Part shown: in pieces, positions 35,843-45,883 of the stretch | How positions within the stretch are numbered: position 1 is the first letter of the stretch | How the letters are laid out: every line of letters begins with the position of its first letter | Source of the DNA: an uncultured Gammaproteobacteria bacterium | GTDB lineage: Bacteria; Pseudomonadota; Gammaproteobacteria; Steroidobacterales; Steroidobacteraceae | Direction: 5' to 3' | Assembly (NCBI GenBank): GCA_963827615.1 | Contig: CAWHCA010000003.1 | Coordinates: 13,367-77,366, forward strand | DNA length: 64,000 nucleotides | Position numbers and translations under genes: made by a program | Notes under the pieces: generated by a model | What the model was told of the DNA's origin: nothing | Databases searched by the model: none | What the model saw: only the letters and a program-made list of their open reading frames with translations

Positions 35843-36049
35843 CGTGGCAGGAATGGGGGCGTGCGCCGCATGGAAAGGGATTCTGACATCCGCGTGAAGT
35901 CGTGAACTGTGCGTCCGTTCACAACCGCCCGGCCCATGGCCTGTGAGCATGTCGCTTCACACGGAGCCACTTTGCATTCCCAAGGACCCAGACAGGTTCG
36001 TGCCGCGGGCGTGACGCTGCCCGAACCCCGTTCGCCGATCCGCCCCGCC

Positions 36050-37249
36050 ATGATCGGGCAGCCGGGCGGGTTCGCGCGCGTGCGTGCCGGGACCGAGCGG
36101 CTCTACTGGCAGTGGCAGGAATACCGGGAATCGGCTGCGACCCGCGAGGCCAGCGCGCTGCTGGTCTCCGGTCCCGAAAAGCATTCCGGAGCACCCCTCC
36201 GGTCGCTTTATTTTGGATCGGGCAACAACCTGTCGTACGTGCTCGGACTTCTCTACGACGAGTACCGCATCGAAGAGGAGCATCGACACCTGCATGCCTG
36301 GCAGGTGAAGAACTGGGTGGAGCGTTATCGCGACAAGGTCGATTTCGTGAGTGCGGATCTGCCCTGGCCCTATCACCATTTGCTGGCGGATCGCGGACTC
36401 CTGGAGACCCCCGCCTGGGTGGACCAGAAACTGTCGCTGCCGGAACGCTGGGAGGATGTGCTGGCGCAATTGCGCGGTTCGGCGAGGGGCGAGGACTTGC
36501 GCAAGATCCGCAAGCACGGCCTCCAGTACCGGATCGTCCGCGACGAGGAAGCGATTCGGCGGTTCTATGACGAGATGTACGTGCCGCACCTGACCAACCG
36601 ATTCGGCAGCGCGGCGTACATCGAGCCGGAGTGGAAAGTCCATTATTGCGCCGAGAACGGCGCGTTGATGGAGATCCTGCGCGACGGGGAGATCGTGGCG
36701 GGCCAGGTCCTGTTCGGGGACCGGCAGGACATGCAGTTGCTCTGGGCGGGAACGTCCCGCGGAGAGTTCGGGCAGCAGTCGCAAGGCGTGTTCCCGGCCC
36801 TGTACTACTTCGGCATCCTGTATGCCTTCGAACTCGGCTGTCACGCGGCGGATTACTGTGGCAGCAGGCCTCTGCTGTCGGACGGCATCTTCCAGCTGAA
36901 GCGACGCTGGGGCGGGCACGTCTACGACGGCTGGAGCCGGGACTCCCTTTTCTTCCTGCCCATCAACCTGGGGCAGGCCAATCTCGGTTTCCTGACCCGG
37001 CACCCGCTGATCGCCCGGTGCCGCCAAGGTCTCGTCGGCAAGGTCTTCCTCGGCACCGAACCCATCCAACCCGACGACGTCGCGCGTGCCGAGCTGGTGT
37101 ATGCGACCGCCGGTCTGCAGGCGATCAGGTTGTACTCGTTGCAGCGGCCGGGTTCGGCAGCACTTGATGCAGCGCGCGCAACACCGGGGATCGAACTCGT
37201 GGACCTGAGCTGCGAGGCGCAGCCCGCGGCGGCCTACTGCCGGTGCTGA
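36050..37249 (+). CDS. FemAB / Acetyltransf_6-like GNAT-fold protein, paralogue of 33126-34088
   Basis: I chose the ATG at 36050. It shares motifs with 33126-34088 (see that entry) and also has LLWAGTS and FQLKRRWGG. Confidence 0.5.
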   Translation: MIGQPGGFARVRAGTERLYWQWQEYRESAATREASALLVSGPEKHSGAPLRSLYFGSGNNLSYVLGLLYDEYRIEEEHRHLHAWQVKNWVERYRDKVDFVSADLPWPYHHLLADRGLLETPAWVDQKLSLPERWEDVLAQLRGSARGEDLRKIRKHGLQYRIVRDEEAIRRFYDEMYVPHLTNRFGSAAYIEPEWKVHYCAENGALMEILRDGEIVAGQVLFGDRQDMQLLWAGTSRGEFGQQSQGVFPALYYFGILYAFELGCHAADYCGSRPLLSDGIFQLKRRWGGHVYDGWSRDSLFFLPINLGQANLGFLTRHPLIARCRQGLVGKVFLGTEPIQPDDVARAELVYATAGLQAIRLYSLQRPGSAALDAARATPGIELVDLSCEAQPAAAYCRC

Positions 37250-37293
37250 CGTTGCGCGCAGATTCATTGCAGGCTGGAGGAGGGCAACGCCCG

Positions 37294-37992
37294 ATGGAGA
37301 TCCGCATAGAGCCCGGCAGGTTTGCCTTGTCGCTGCTGCTGATAGCGATCGCGCTGCTCATCGCCCACGTCACCGGAGCGGTCGCGAGTCACGTCTTCCA
37401 CCACCAGCAGGTATTCGGCCTGGTCGATTCCTTCGACATGAACGTCGAGAACAACGTGCCGACGTTTTTTTCCGCGTTCATACTCGTGACGAGCGCGGTC
37501 CTGCTGACCGTCATCACCAGCCAGTCGACCGCCGATCGCTATGCGGGCCACTGGAAATGGCTGGTCATCATCTTCACTTTCATGGCGATCGACGAGGATG
37601 CCGCGCTGCATGAACTGCTGATCGAGCCGGTTCGTGACCTGCTGCCAGTGACGGGGCCGTTGTACTTCGCGTGGGTGATCCCGTACGGCCTGGCGGTGCT
37701 GGCCATCGGCGTGCTGTACCTGAGGTTCGTGTGGTCGCTGACCGCGCGCACGCGCGGGTTGTTCATCGCTGCCGGCAGCCTCTATCTCGCCGGCGCGCTC
37801 GGCTTCGAGTCCATCGGCGGCTGGTACTTTTCCCGGCACGGGGAAATGGAAGACCTGCGGTACTCGCTGCTGGTCGCGACCGAGGAATTCCTCGAGATGT
37901 CCGGGATCATCCTCTTCATCTACGCCTTGCTGGACTACCTGCGCGACCGGCTCGCGGGCGACCCCCTGCGGATCTTCATGGCCAGGTCCTGA
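37294..37992 (+). CDS. Polytopic membrane protein of unknown function
   Basis: About 6 hydrophobic segments. I chose the ATG at 37294 (MEIRIEPGRFALSLLLIAIALLIAHV). Confidence 0.5.
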   Translation: MEIRIEPGRFALSLLLIAIALLIAHVTGAVASHVFHHQQVFGLVDSFDMNVENNVPTFFSAFILVTSAVLLTVITSQSTADRYAGHWKWLVIIFTFMAIDEDAALHELLIEPVRDLLPVTGPLYFAWVIPYGLAVLAIGVLYLRFVWSLTARTRGLFIAAGSLYLAGALGFESIGGWYFSRHGEMEDLRYSLLVATEEFLEMSGIILFIYALLDYLRDRLAGDPLRIFMARS

Positions 37993-37995
37993 CGG

Positions 37996-39780
37996 TCAGG
38001 TTTCCTGCAGCAGGGCGCGGTGCCGGCTGCCGGGAGCCGTGAGTTCGTCGTAGCTGCCTTGCGCCGCGATGCGCCCGCCTTCCAGCACGACGACCTCGTC
38101 GCAGAACGTCGCAACAGATGGCTTGTGCGACACGAAGACGATCGTCCTGCCCCCGAGCGCCCGCAGTGAAGCCAGGATCCTGGCCTCCGTGGCGAGATCC
38201 AGTTCGTTGGTCGCCTCGTCCATGATCAACACCGCCGGGTCGTGATAGAGCGCCCTGGCGATGCCGATTCTCTGCCGCTGGCCTCCGCTAAGCCTGGCGC
38301 CGCGCTCGCCGACGACGGTCAGATACCCGGCCTCGAGTTCGTTGACGACGAAGTCATGCAACTCCGCAATGCGCGCGGCCCGCTCGAGCCTGGGGTAGTC
38401 GATGTCGCCGGGTTCGATGCCCAGCGCGATGTTGCTGGCGATCGTGTCGTCGATCAGGTAGATGACCTGTGGCACGTACCCGATGTTGTCCTGCCAGGCA
38501 CGCACGTTGCCTGGCGTCAACAGCGTGCCATCGACAGTGATCCCGCCGGCCGACGGCGGCAGGAGTCCGAGCAGCAGGTCCACGGTCGTCGACTTGCCGG
38601 CGCCCGTAGGCCCCGCCAGGCACACGGACCGACCCACAGGAATCGCCAGGCTCAACCCGGGCAAGGTGTCCTGACGGCTGTCCGGATAGCGGAAGGAGAC
38701 GTTTTCCAGCCTGATCGAGTTCCGCGGAACCATCGCGTCACCCGTCGCGACTGCCGGCTCCGTGCAGGGATCGGAGTAGTCCTGCCACAGTCCGTCCAGC
38801 GCCGCAGTCTTGTAACGGATGGCCTCGATACCGTCGAAGAGTCCCTGCAGCGCCGGGATGAGCCGGTACGCGGCATAGGCGAGCATCGCGATTACAGGCA
38901 GTATCTCGCCCGCATACCCGGTATCGCCGATCAGGTAGACCGTCGCGAAAACGAGTCCGCCGAAAGCGACCAGTTCGAGACTCTGGGCCGGGACGATGTC
39001 CAGGGTGCTGTAGGTGATGGCATTCCTGGACGAGCGCAGCAGCGGCCTCGCGAAACGCTCCACGAAATGCGCCTCGCGCCCGAGCACCTTGATGGCCTTG
39101 GCTGCGCCGATCGCCTCGTGGGCATTCTTGTAGATCTCGGTATTCAGGGTCGCGAACTCCGCTCCGAGCCGCGTGACCCTGGGCATGATCAACAGGTAGA
39201 TCAACAGGTACGCCACCGCCAGCACGACCAGCGTGACGGTCATGACCCACGGCTGGATCACCACGAGCAGCACGACGATGAACAGCGTCGTGACGGCATC
39301 CGAGAATACGTTGATGCCCGCCATCAGCGTGCCGATGGCCACCCGGTCGATCTCGGCCACCACCATCTTGACGAGTTCCGACGAGTTCCGCTGCACGAGG
39401 AAAAGGTAGGGACGCGCCAGGTACCGGCTCATGAGCCGGCGCGCCAGGTTGTATTCGCCGAGGTGGCAGACCCGGAAAGTCAGCCACGCGTTGATACCTA
39501 CGAGGAGATTGGTCGCCAGCAGCATGCTGAATGCGGTCAGGCCGAGGAATTTCAGAAAGGCATTCGTGCTGGTAAACCCGAGGGCGCCGTAGGCCCAGGC
39601 CAGGTAATGATTCTCCGTCACGAGGGTCGGGTCGGTGACGACGGCGATGAACGGCATGATGGATGCGACCCCGACGGCCTGCACCAGCCCGCTGACCGTT
39701 GTGCTCAGCAGCAGCAGCAGGAGCTGGCGCTTCTCTCCGGCCGAGAAGAAAGACAGGAGTTTTCGCCAGTCGTCGATCAT
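37996..39780 (-). CDS. ABC exporter, fused permease-ATPase (MsbA/type I exporter-like)
   Basis: I chose the ATG at 39780 (MIDDWRKLLSFF...). It has an N-terminal 6-TM domain, Walker A GPTGAGKST, the signature LSGGQRQR and Walker B VLIMDEAT. Confidence 0.9.
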   Translation of the reverse strand: MIDDWRKLLSFFSAGEKRQLLLLLLSTTVSGLVQAVGVASIMPFIAVVTDPTLVTENHYLAWAYGALGFTSTNAFLKFLGLTAFSMLLATNLLVGINAWLTFRVCHLGEYNLARRLMSRYLARPYLFLVQRNSSELVKMVVAEIDRVAIGTLMAGINVFSDAVTTLFIVVLLVVIQPWVMTVTLVVLAVAYLLIYLLIMPRVTRLGAEFATLNTEIYKNAHEAIGAAKAIKVLGREAHFVERFARPLLRSSRNAITYSTLDIVPAQSLELVAFGGLVFATVYLIGDTGYAGEILPVIAMLAYAAYRLIPALQGLFDGIEAIRYKTAALDGLWQDYSDPCTEPAVATGDAMVPRNSIRLENVSFRYPDSRQDTLPGLSLAIPVGRSVCLAGPTGAGKSTTVDLLLGLLPPSAGGITVDGTLLTPGNVRAWQDNIGYVPQVIYLIDDTIASNIALGIEPGDIDYPRLERAARIAELHDFVVNELEAGYLTVVGERGARLSGGQRQRIGIARALYHDPAVLIMDEATNELDLATEARILASLRALGGRTIVFVSHKPSVATFCDEVVVLEGGRIAAQGSYDELTAPGSRHRALLQET

Positions 39781-40090
39781 TCGTTCGCTGCTCTTCGCCG
39801 TTTGCCGACCAGGGCCCGATGCATCGGAGGCATCCTGGAAAGGGTAGCGTCCGGATGCACCAGGCATGCGTGACGCGATACCAGAATATCCTACCGGGTT
39901 GTGGCCGCACGGACCGTGCGGCATCCCGCCGCGAACGCAGTGCGCCAGTCATCCCGCAGCGATCCGGCAATGGCGGACGGGAGAGAGGAGAGAAGGGCGC
40001 GGCCTCTTCAATAATGTGAACTGCATTGCCTCGCGATTTTCCGCGACGACCTAGCATGCGTGACGTCCCACAGGAGGTTCCGACGTCACC

Positions 40091-40909
40091 ATGGACCAGG
40101 CAGCGCACACCTCGGCCGCCGAACTGCGTTTTTCCGACGCACGTTCCGCACGCAAATGGGCCGACATGTACGACTCCGACACGGACTCGCTGCAGGAAGC
40201 GAGTTTCCGGGCCCGGTGCGATGCGGCCGTGAACTACGTGCTCCGCGTCCTGCCGGTGGATGGCCGCGTGCTCGATCTTGGGTGCGGCTCCGCGCCTGTT
40301 CTCAGCCGGCTCAGGCAGCAGGGCGCTTCGTGCACGGGGCTCGAGTACTCCGAGGACATGCTGCGGCACGCCAAGGCGCGGTTGCAGTCGATGCAACTGG
40401 ATGTCGGTGACCTGCACCGCGGCGACTGCCGCGAGACTCCGTTCGCAGCGGCATCATTCGATGTCGTCGTTTGTCTCGGCGTGATCAGCTACGTCGAGGA
40501 CTACGCCGTCGTGCTCAGCGAGATCAAGCGCATCCTGAAGCCTGATGGTTACGCGCTCGTCAGCTTTCGCAACCGGTTCAATCCGATCCTCTGGGACCCG
40601 GCCGTGGGACTGAAGACCCTCGCCCGGGCCGCCACCGGTCGCGTGCGCCCAGAGCCGTACAAGATCGGGCGTTTCATGGACTTCCGGGAGTTCCGGCGCA
40701 AGATGGACGAGGCCGGCTTCGAGTATCGCCATTTCGTCGGCATCGGCCTAGGGCCGGTCAAGTTCAACCGGCGCGCGCTGCTGGCCGAGCGGGTCTCGAT
40801 CAGGCTCAGCGATTCCCTGACGGCCGTCCTGCGTCGCCTGGGCTGGCAGGCGCCGATACGCTGGCTCGCCGACGTCAGCCTGTGGGTCTACAGCAAACCG
40901 GCGGCATAG
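40091..40909 (+). CDS. Class I SAM-dependent methyltransferase
   Basis: Motif I VLDLGCGSA, with post-I and motif II/III spacing (FDVVVCLGVISYV, LKPDGYALVSF). Confidence 0.85.
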   Translation: MDQAAHTSAAELRFSDARSARKWADMYDSDTDSLQEASFRARCDAAVNYVLRVLPVDGRVLDLGCGSAPVLSRLRQQGASCTGLEYSEDMLRHAKARLQSMQLDVGDLHRGDCRETPFAAASFDVVVCLGVISYVEDYAVVLSEIKRILKPDGYALVSFRNRFNPILWDPAVGLKTLARAATGRVRPEPYKIGRFMDFREFRRKMDEAGFEYRHFVGIGLGPVKFNRRALLAERVSIRLSDSLTAVLRRLGWQAPIRWLADVSLWVYSKPAA

Positions 40910-40946
40910 GCCGGAGCGCCGACTGCCTTTTCCCTGTCGAGTGACG

Positions 40947-42233
40947 CTATTGCGCGGTGCGGGGCTGCTGCACCGTCCGCAGACCGCGGGAGATTCGCGA
41001 CGAGACGTGCTCGCGAACCACGTCGCGGTAATGGTGCCACGCGGGACGCCAGTCGTCCCGGGCGTACGCGGCCTCGATCCTGGGGCCGTGCAAGGAACGC
41101 AACCACTCAAAATACGATGGGCCGCCTTTGCCACCCAATTGCTTGACCGCCATGAGGTCTGCGTAGAGCCGGTACCAGGTCACGCCGTCCCGCCAGGTGG
41201 TGACCGGTTCGACGCGATCGCCGATGAGGTCGCGATAGGCGATGTAGGGAATGTCGACACCGCAGGCCGGCGCGAGCCCGATGGTATTCACCGGGCGCGG
41301 ATTGATCTCGATGAGCTTGTATTCGCCCGTCGCCGCGTCGAACTTGTACTCGACGCCGCAGATTCCCGAGAAGCCGGTGCCCTGCAGCAACCGCAGTGAC
41401 TGGCGGACGACCACGTCGTCGTGGCAGGACACCGTCATCGTGCAATAGCCGAAGTCGACCGGCAGCTGGCGTATCTTGCGCCGCACGCAATAGGCAAGCG
41501 GGACTCCGTCATCGTTAAGGTAGGCCAGGAAGGTGAACAGCTGTTCGTCCCGGCCGCCGATGACCTCCTGCAGCATGACGTCCCTGGAGTCGTCGCCCAT
41601 CGACAACCAGGCGCCGCGCAGTTCGTCCGGCGTGCGTACCAGGAGCGCCTTGCGGCCCTGCGAGACCCGTTGCATCGAGGCGAGGCGCCACGTGTGGGCG
41701 ACCAGTGGCTTGATGATGTACGGATAGTTGTGGATCGTCGCAGCCAGTCGTTCGATGTCGCTGCGACTCTCGGGGAAGTACGTCTCCGGAATCGGAATCC
41801 CGAGCCGCTCGGCCTGCTCGTACTGTCGTCGCTTGTTGACGACGTGCTGCATCACCTCGGGGCGTGCGGCGCAGACTCGGAAGGCGTGTTCCAGGACGGG
41901 CCGGTGGGCACCGAGAAATTCCGCGCAATCGTCGCTCGCGGGGATCAGGACGCGTTTGCCGGAATACCGGGACGCGAGTTGCAGCAGGTACTCCACCAGC
42001 GCAGGCCCCGACTGGTACATGTCGGGACACAGGGCGACCTCGCTGCAGTACTTTGAATGCAGGCTGTGATCGAGCCGGTTCGGGTGAACACGAACGACCG
42101 GCACGCCCTGGCGGCCGAGCGAGCGCGTCACCGCCAGCGCGATCAGGCTCGTGCTGCTGGTACGCCGGTTGGGGTCCGGTTCATGGCTGATGACGAATGC
42201 GGTGCCAGGAGTTCTCTGCTCCGGGCGAGTCAT
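40947..42233 (-). CDS. ATP-grasp domain carboxylate-amine ligase-like protein
   Basis: 428 aa with ATP-grasp landmarks (YPYIIKPL, VMLQEVIGG, GVEYKFDAATGEYKLIEINPRP). Confidence 0.8.
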   Translation of the reverse strand: MTRPEQRTPGTAFVISHEPDPNRRTSSTSLIALAVTRSLGRQGVPVVRVHPNRLDHSLHSKYCSEVALCPDMYQSGPALVEYLLQLASRYSGKRVLIPASDDCAEFLGAHRPVLEHAFRVCAARPEVMQHVVNKRRQYEQAERLGIPIPETYFPESRSDIERLAATIHNYPYIIKPLVAHTWRLASMQRVSQGRKALLVRTPDELRGAWLSMGDDSRDVMLQEVIGGRDEQLFTFLAYLNDDGVPLAYCVRRKIRQLPVDFGYCTMTVSCHDDVVVRQSLRLLQGTGFSGICGVEYKFDAATGEYKLIEINPRPVNTIGLAPACGVDIPYIAYRDLIGDRVEPVTTWRDGVTWYRLYADLMAVKQLGGKGGPSYFEWLRSLHGPRIEAAYARDDWRPAWHHYRDVVREHVSSRISRGLRTVQQPRTAQ

Positions 42234-43423
42234 GGGACGAGTACCCCGGCCGATACGAAGACGTTGCCGTCCATGATGCGGCGCGCGGTGCGGTCGATCC
42301 GTATCGAGTGAATGGTGGGCCGTCCGGAGTCGAAGCCATGGACGATCTCGGACGCGATCACGCCGGAGGGGTGACCGATCCTGAACACGCCGCGTCCGTC
42401 CGTCAGCGGCCGGCGCAAGAGGTCAGCCACGACGGTCCCGGGGATGCTGGCTGCCGCCGTCAGGCACATCGCACCTGTCACCGCGAATGCCTTGTGCACC
42501 CGCTCCGGATTGACGATGCGGGCGACGAGATCGAGCGCACGGCGCGCACCCGTGGCGTCCGTCGGCGACACGTCCTGCGGTGCCGAGCCGACGATCGCGA
42601 TCTTCAATCGCGCCGCCCGCCGCGTGCCGCGTGACGTGCGATCCGCATCCTGCAGGTAACGCTCGGCGATCGACTCGCGGATCTCCTCGATTTCCTGTCG
42701 CAGGCCCGGCACCAACTCGAGTTCGCACGGGCTCTCAGACCCGCTGAGCCCCCAGGTGTGCGCGGGAATGATCGCGTACAGGTTGCCGCAGTCGACGAGC
42801 GAAAACTGCACGACGGTGCCGCGGGTCGTGTGCATCTCGTCCTGGGGAGATCCGGACGGGAGGAGGTGACCGGTGTCGCCGCCGGCCGGGTCGATGAATT
42901 CGAGACTGACCTGTGCATCGGGACTCGGGACGACCGGCCCTCGTGCATCGCGGTTGCCGGGCGGCAGGCCGCTGGTGGTCGAAACGGTTGCGACGATCTG
43001 CTTGCCGTTGTTGGTGCAATGGATTCGAACGCGGGCCGGGCCGTCCGCAACGCGCACGAGCCGCTCGTGAATCGCGTAGAGGGCCACGGCTGCGGCGGTG
43101 TTGCCGCAACTCACCGCGTAGTTAACGGTTGCCGAGGCGATGCCGACCTGGCCGAAGCAGTAGTCGACGTCGACGTCGGGTCGCGTGGCTCGTCCGACGA
43201 TCGCGACCTTGCTGGTCAGTGGATCGGCACCGCCGAGTCCGTCGATCTGGCGTGGATCCGGACTGCCGAATGCCGCGAGGATCAGCTGGTCCCGCGATCG
43301 TGGATCCGCCGGCAGGTCGGCTGCCGCGAAGACGATGGCCTTGCTGGTTCCGCCGCGCATGATCGCGCAGTGCACCGAGTGGATCGTGGATTTGTCCGTG
43401 ATGGCGGACAGTAAGGCGGACAT
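42230..43423 (-). CDS. PrpF-family (2-methylaconitate isomerase / 4-oxalomesaconate tautomerase-like) protein
   Basis: N-terminal CAIMRGGTSKAIVF, then DGLGGADPLTSKVAIV and SCGNTAAAV, typical of the PrpF/DapF-like fold. Its stop overlaps the ATP-grasp start. Confidence 0.8.
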   Translation of the reverse strand: MSALLSAITDKSTIHSVHCAIMRGGTSKAIVFAAADLPADPRSRDQLILAAFGSPDPRQIDGLGGADPLTSKVAIVGRATRPDVDVDYCFGQVGIASATVNYAVSCGNTAAAVALYAIHERLVRVADGPARVRIHCTNNGKQIVATVSTTSGLPPGNRDARGPVVPSPDAQVSLEFIDPAGGDTGHLLPSGSPQDEMHTTRGTVVQFSLVDCGNLYAIIPAHTWGLSGSESPCELELVPGLRQEIEEIRESIAERYLQDADRTSRGTRRAARLKIAIVGSAPQDVSPTDATGARRALDLVARIVNPERVHKAFAVTGAMCLTAAASIPGTVVADLLRRPLTDGRGVFRIGHPSGVIASEIVHGFDSGRPTIHSIRIDRTARRIMDGNVFVSAGVLVP

Positions 43424-43438
43424 CTGGCGGCGCCTGCC

Positions 43439-44605
43439 TTATATGACCTGGCTGTCCGTCACGGCTGGACCCGGCTTTCGGGCGGGGACCTCCGGGCTCC
43501 TCGCCTTCGAACTGGCGGGACGAAGGTAGGCACCCCGCGGCCAGACTCCCATCCGGATCGGGATGCTCCTGAGTCCAGGCGTGAAAGCCAGCAGGTCCAT
43601 CCCGGTGCGCTCGACCGCGAGCCAGCGCCTCTTGTGCTCGGAATGGCCGCCGAGAAAATCGTATTCGGTCAGGCCCTGCGCGATGCAGTCCTGGATGACC
43701 CACGTGCGCAACGCGTTGCCGACGTGCGGCGAGTAGTCCGGGTCGAAACCCTCCTGCAGCTGCAGGAACGCGCGCCCATAGACATATCCGATCTGGACGG
43801 CCTTGGGTTCCGATCCGTCGAACAGGGTATAGACTGCGAGCCAGCCGCGCGCCAGCGCCTCCGGCGCGAAGCATTCGTAGAATTCCCTCTCCTTGACGTT
43901 GCGGTCGAAGACGCCGTCCTGGCCCACGGCCCTCCAGCGCTTGCCGTGCAACCGGAACAGTGCGTCGAGCGCCGGACCCAGTTCGTCATGAGTCGTCACC
44001 TTACGCACCTCGACGCCGGGCTTCGACAGGATCTTTTTCGTGTTGCGCCGGATCTGCTGCCGCCGGTTGGTCGACATGCTCGCGAGGAACGCGTGGTAGT
44101 CCGCGGGCAATGTCACCGTCGAGAAGTCCCTGGGGCGGCTGCGGATGCCGAGCCGTCCCGCGCGCAGCGCCCGGACCATCGGCTCGTGTGCGCCCGACCA
44201 GGATTCGAGGTTGGGGATCCAGAGCAGGTCCCATTCCGACCGCAATGCGTGCATTGCGCGGACGATCACCTCGCAGACGCGGTCTTCGTCCGACGTGCGC
44301 GCGAGCCAGGTCTGGTATTCGGCGCCGGAGTCGACGTCGCCGATCATTCGCAGCATGCGGTACGGCAGGATGTCCAGCAGCCGATAGTTGGCGACATAGA
44401 ACGGCGCGACACCGAGCAGCTCGCCGCCGGTCCCGCGCACGCAGATGATTCTCAGGTCGGTGACCGAGCGCTGCACCCGCAGCCAGCAGTCCAGCCACTC
44501 CCAGGTCATGAACAGCTGGTCAGCCTTGCTGTCGGCGAGCAGGGTATTCCATTGCCCGCGCAACCCATGCCATTGCGCCAGGCTGCGAATGACCTCGTAC
44601 TTCAT
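43439..44605 (-). CDS. CelD/BcsL-like GNAT (Acetyltransf_6) protein, intact paralogue
   Basis: 388 aa (...STNRRQQIRRNTKKILSKPGVEVRKV...LFRLHGKRW...TEYDFLGG). First gene of the minus-strand operon 44605-40947. Confidence 0.65.
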   Translation of the reverse strand: MKYEVIRSLAQWHGLRGQWNTLLADSKADQLFMTWEWLDCWLRVQRSVTDLRIICVRGTGGELLGVAPFYVANYRLLDILPYRMLRMIGDVDSGAEYQTWLARTSDEDRVCEVIVRAMHALRSEWDLLWIPNLESWSGAHEPMVRALRAGRLGIRSRPRDFSTVTLPADYHAFLASMSTNRRQQIRRNTKKILSKPGVEVRKVTTHDELGPALDALFRLHGKRWRAVGQDGVFDRNVKEREFYECFAPEALARGWLAVYTLFDGSEPKAVQIGYVYGRAFLQLQEGFDPDYSPHVGNALRTWVIQDCIAQGLTEYDFLGGHSEHKRRWLAVERTGMDLLAFTPGLRSIPIRMGVWPRGAYLRPASSKARSPEVPARKPGPAVTDSQVI

Positions 44606-44803
44606 CCAGCTGTCCTCGGCCGGGATGCCCGACCGTCAGAGTGTCCGCGATAGCGGCACCGTATGTGGTCACGGCCGCCCGTTCCGTGATTCGCATCACA
44701 GGTTGTCGGTTCGCGGTGAGCCGCCCAGGGAAGCGCCACGGGCGCAGGTTCGCCGCGCTGGCCCGTAGCAGGGCCAGTTGCTGCAGCTAAACCATTGATT
44801 GGA

Positions 44804-44825
44804 TGGCGCTCCCAGAGGGATTCGA
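44804..44825. repeat. 22-nt direct copy of the 3' end of tRNA-Glu (att-like)
   Basis: TGGCGCTCCCAGAGGGATTCGA is identical to 45884-45905, the tRNA 3' acceptor/T-arm. The upstream flanks are also similar (CCATTGATT / CCATGATTT). Confidence 0.75.
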
Positions 44826-45864
44826 GCGAGACTGGTGAACCAGTGTTCGTTCAGGCACTCGTCCCGGAACCGTCCGTTGAACGACTCGACGTAGGCGTTC
44901 TGGTTCGGCTTGCCGGGCTCGATCAGCCGCAGCTGCGATCGCCTTGGCGATGCGCCCAGTTCAGCATCGCCTTGCCCGTGAACTCGGCACCGTTGTCGGT
45001 TCGGATCATGGCCGGCGTTGCCGCGCTGCGCACAGATGCCATCGAGGATGCGCGTCAGGTGATCGCCGCCGATCGCGTGCTCCGGCAACGATCGCGACGG
45101 CCTCGTGCGTGGCGTCGTCCACGATCACCAGGCACTTGATCGTGCGGCCCGAGGCCACGCGGTCGAACACGAAGTCCATCGACCAGACCTCGTTGGCACG
45201 GCCGGGCCGAATCAGCGGCTGGCGATCGCTCACCGGGATCTTCTTGCGCCGCCGGCGCCGGATATGCAGCTTCTCGAGCCGGTACAGCCGCTCGACCCGC
45301 TTGTAGTTGACGATGCTCGCCGGCCTGCCGCAGCTTCAGGTGGATCATGCCGACGCCGTAGCGCCGATGCCGCTGCGCCAGCGCCACGATCCGCGTTCGC
45401 AATGCCGACGTTGCGGTCCGGCCGCGGCTGGTAACGCAGCGAGCTCGCGCTCATGCCCGCGATCGCCAGGCAGCGCCGTTCCGTCAGTCCCTCGCGCTTG
45501 CATCCACCGCACCAGCTCGCGACGTGCCGGGGCGGTTACCATTTTTTTCGAAGCGCTTCCTTGGTCACTTCGTTCTCGAGCAGCGCCTCGGCCAGCAGCT
45601 TCTTCAGCTTCGCGTTCTCCGCCTCGAGCGCCTTCAGCCGCCTGGCGTCGGAGACATCCATGCCGCCGAACTTGCTCCGCCACAGGTAGTAGCTCGCCTC
45701 CGAGAACCCGTGCTTGCGGCACAGCTCCTTCACCGGCACGCCCTTATCGGCCTCCCGCAGGAACCCGATGATCTGCTCTTCACTGAATCGCTTCTTCACG
45801 TCCAACCTCCCGGCCGGGGTTAGACTCTAAACCGCTCCGCTACTCAAAAGCGGGGGGACTGTCA
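44826..45864 (-). mobile_element. Degraded, 3'-truncated IS3-family (IS407-group-like) insertion sequence
   Basis: The left end is TGACAGTCCCCCC... at 45864. OrfA is intact. An A-rich slippery run (CGAAAAAAATGG) sits at the OrfA end. OrfB survives as three out-of-frame pieces (RYGVGMIHLKLRQAG; NEVWSMDFVFD...VIVDDATHEAVAI; GKPNQNAYVESFNGRFRDECLNEHWF). It stops abruptly at the tRNA-fragment repeat, and no right inverted repeat is present. Confidence 0.85.
45536..45799 (-). CDS. IS3-family transposase OrfA (HTH + leucine zipper)
   Basis: The GTG at 45799 gives (M)KKRFSEEQIIGFLREADKGVPVKELCRKHGFSEASYYLWRSKFGGM...LKALEAENAKLKKLLAEA. Confidence 0.85.
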   Translation of the reverse strand: MKKRFSEEQIIGFLREADKGVPVKELCRKHGFSEASYYLWRSKFGGMDVSDARRLKALEAENAKLKKLLAEALLENEVTKEALRKKW

Positions 45865-45883
45865 CCGAAGTCCATGATTTAAG

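Noticed and set aside
38242-40417. ORFs 38242-39873 (+) and 38738-40417 (-)
   Set aside because: These are alternative frames and the antisense strand of the ABC exporter, which has unambiguous Walker A/B and signature motifs. The shadow ORFs are Arg/His/Asp-rich.
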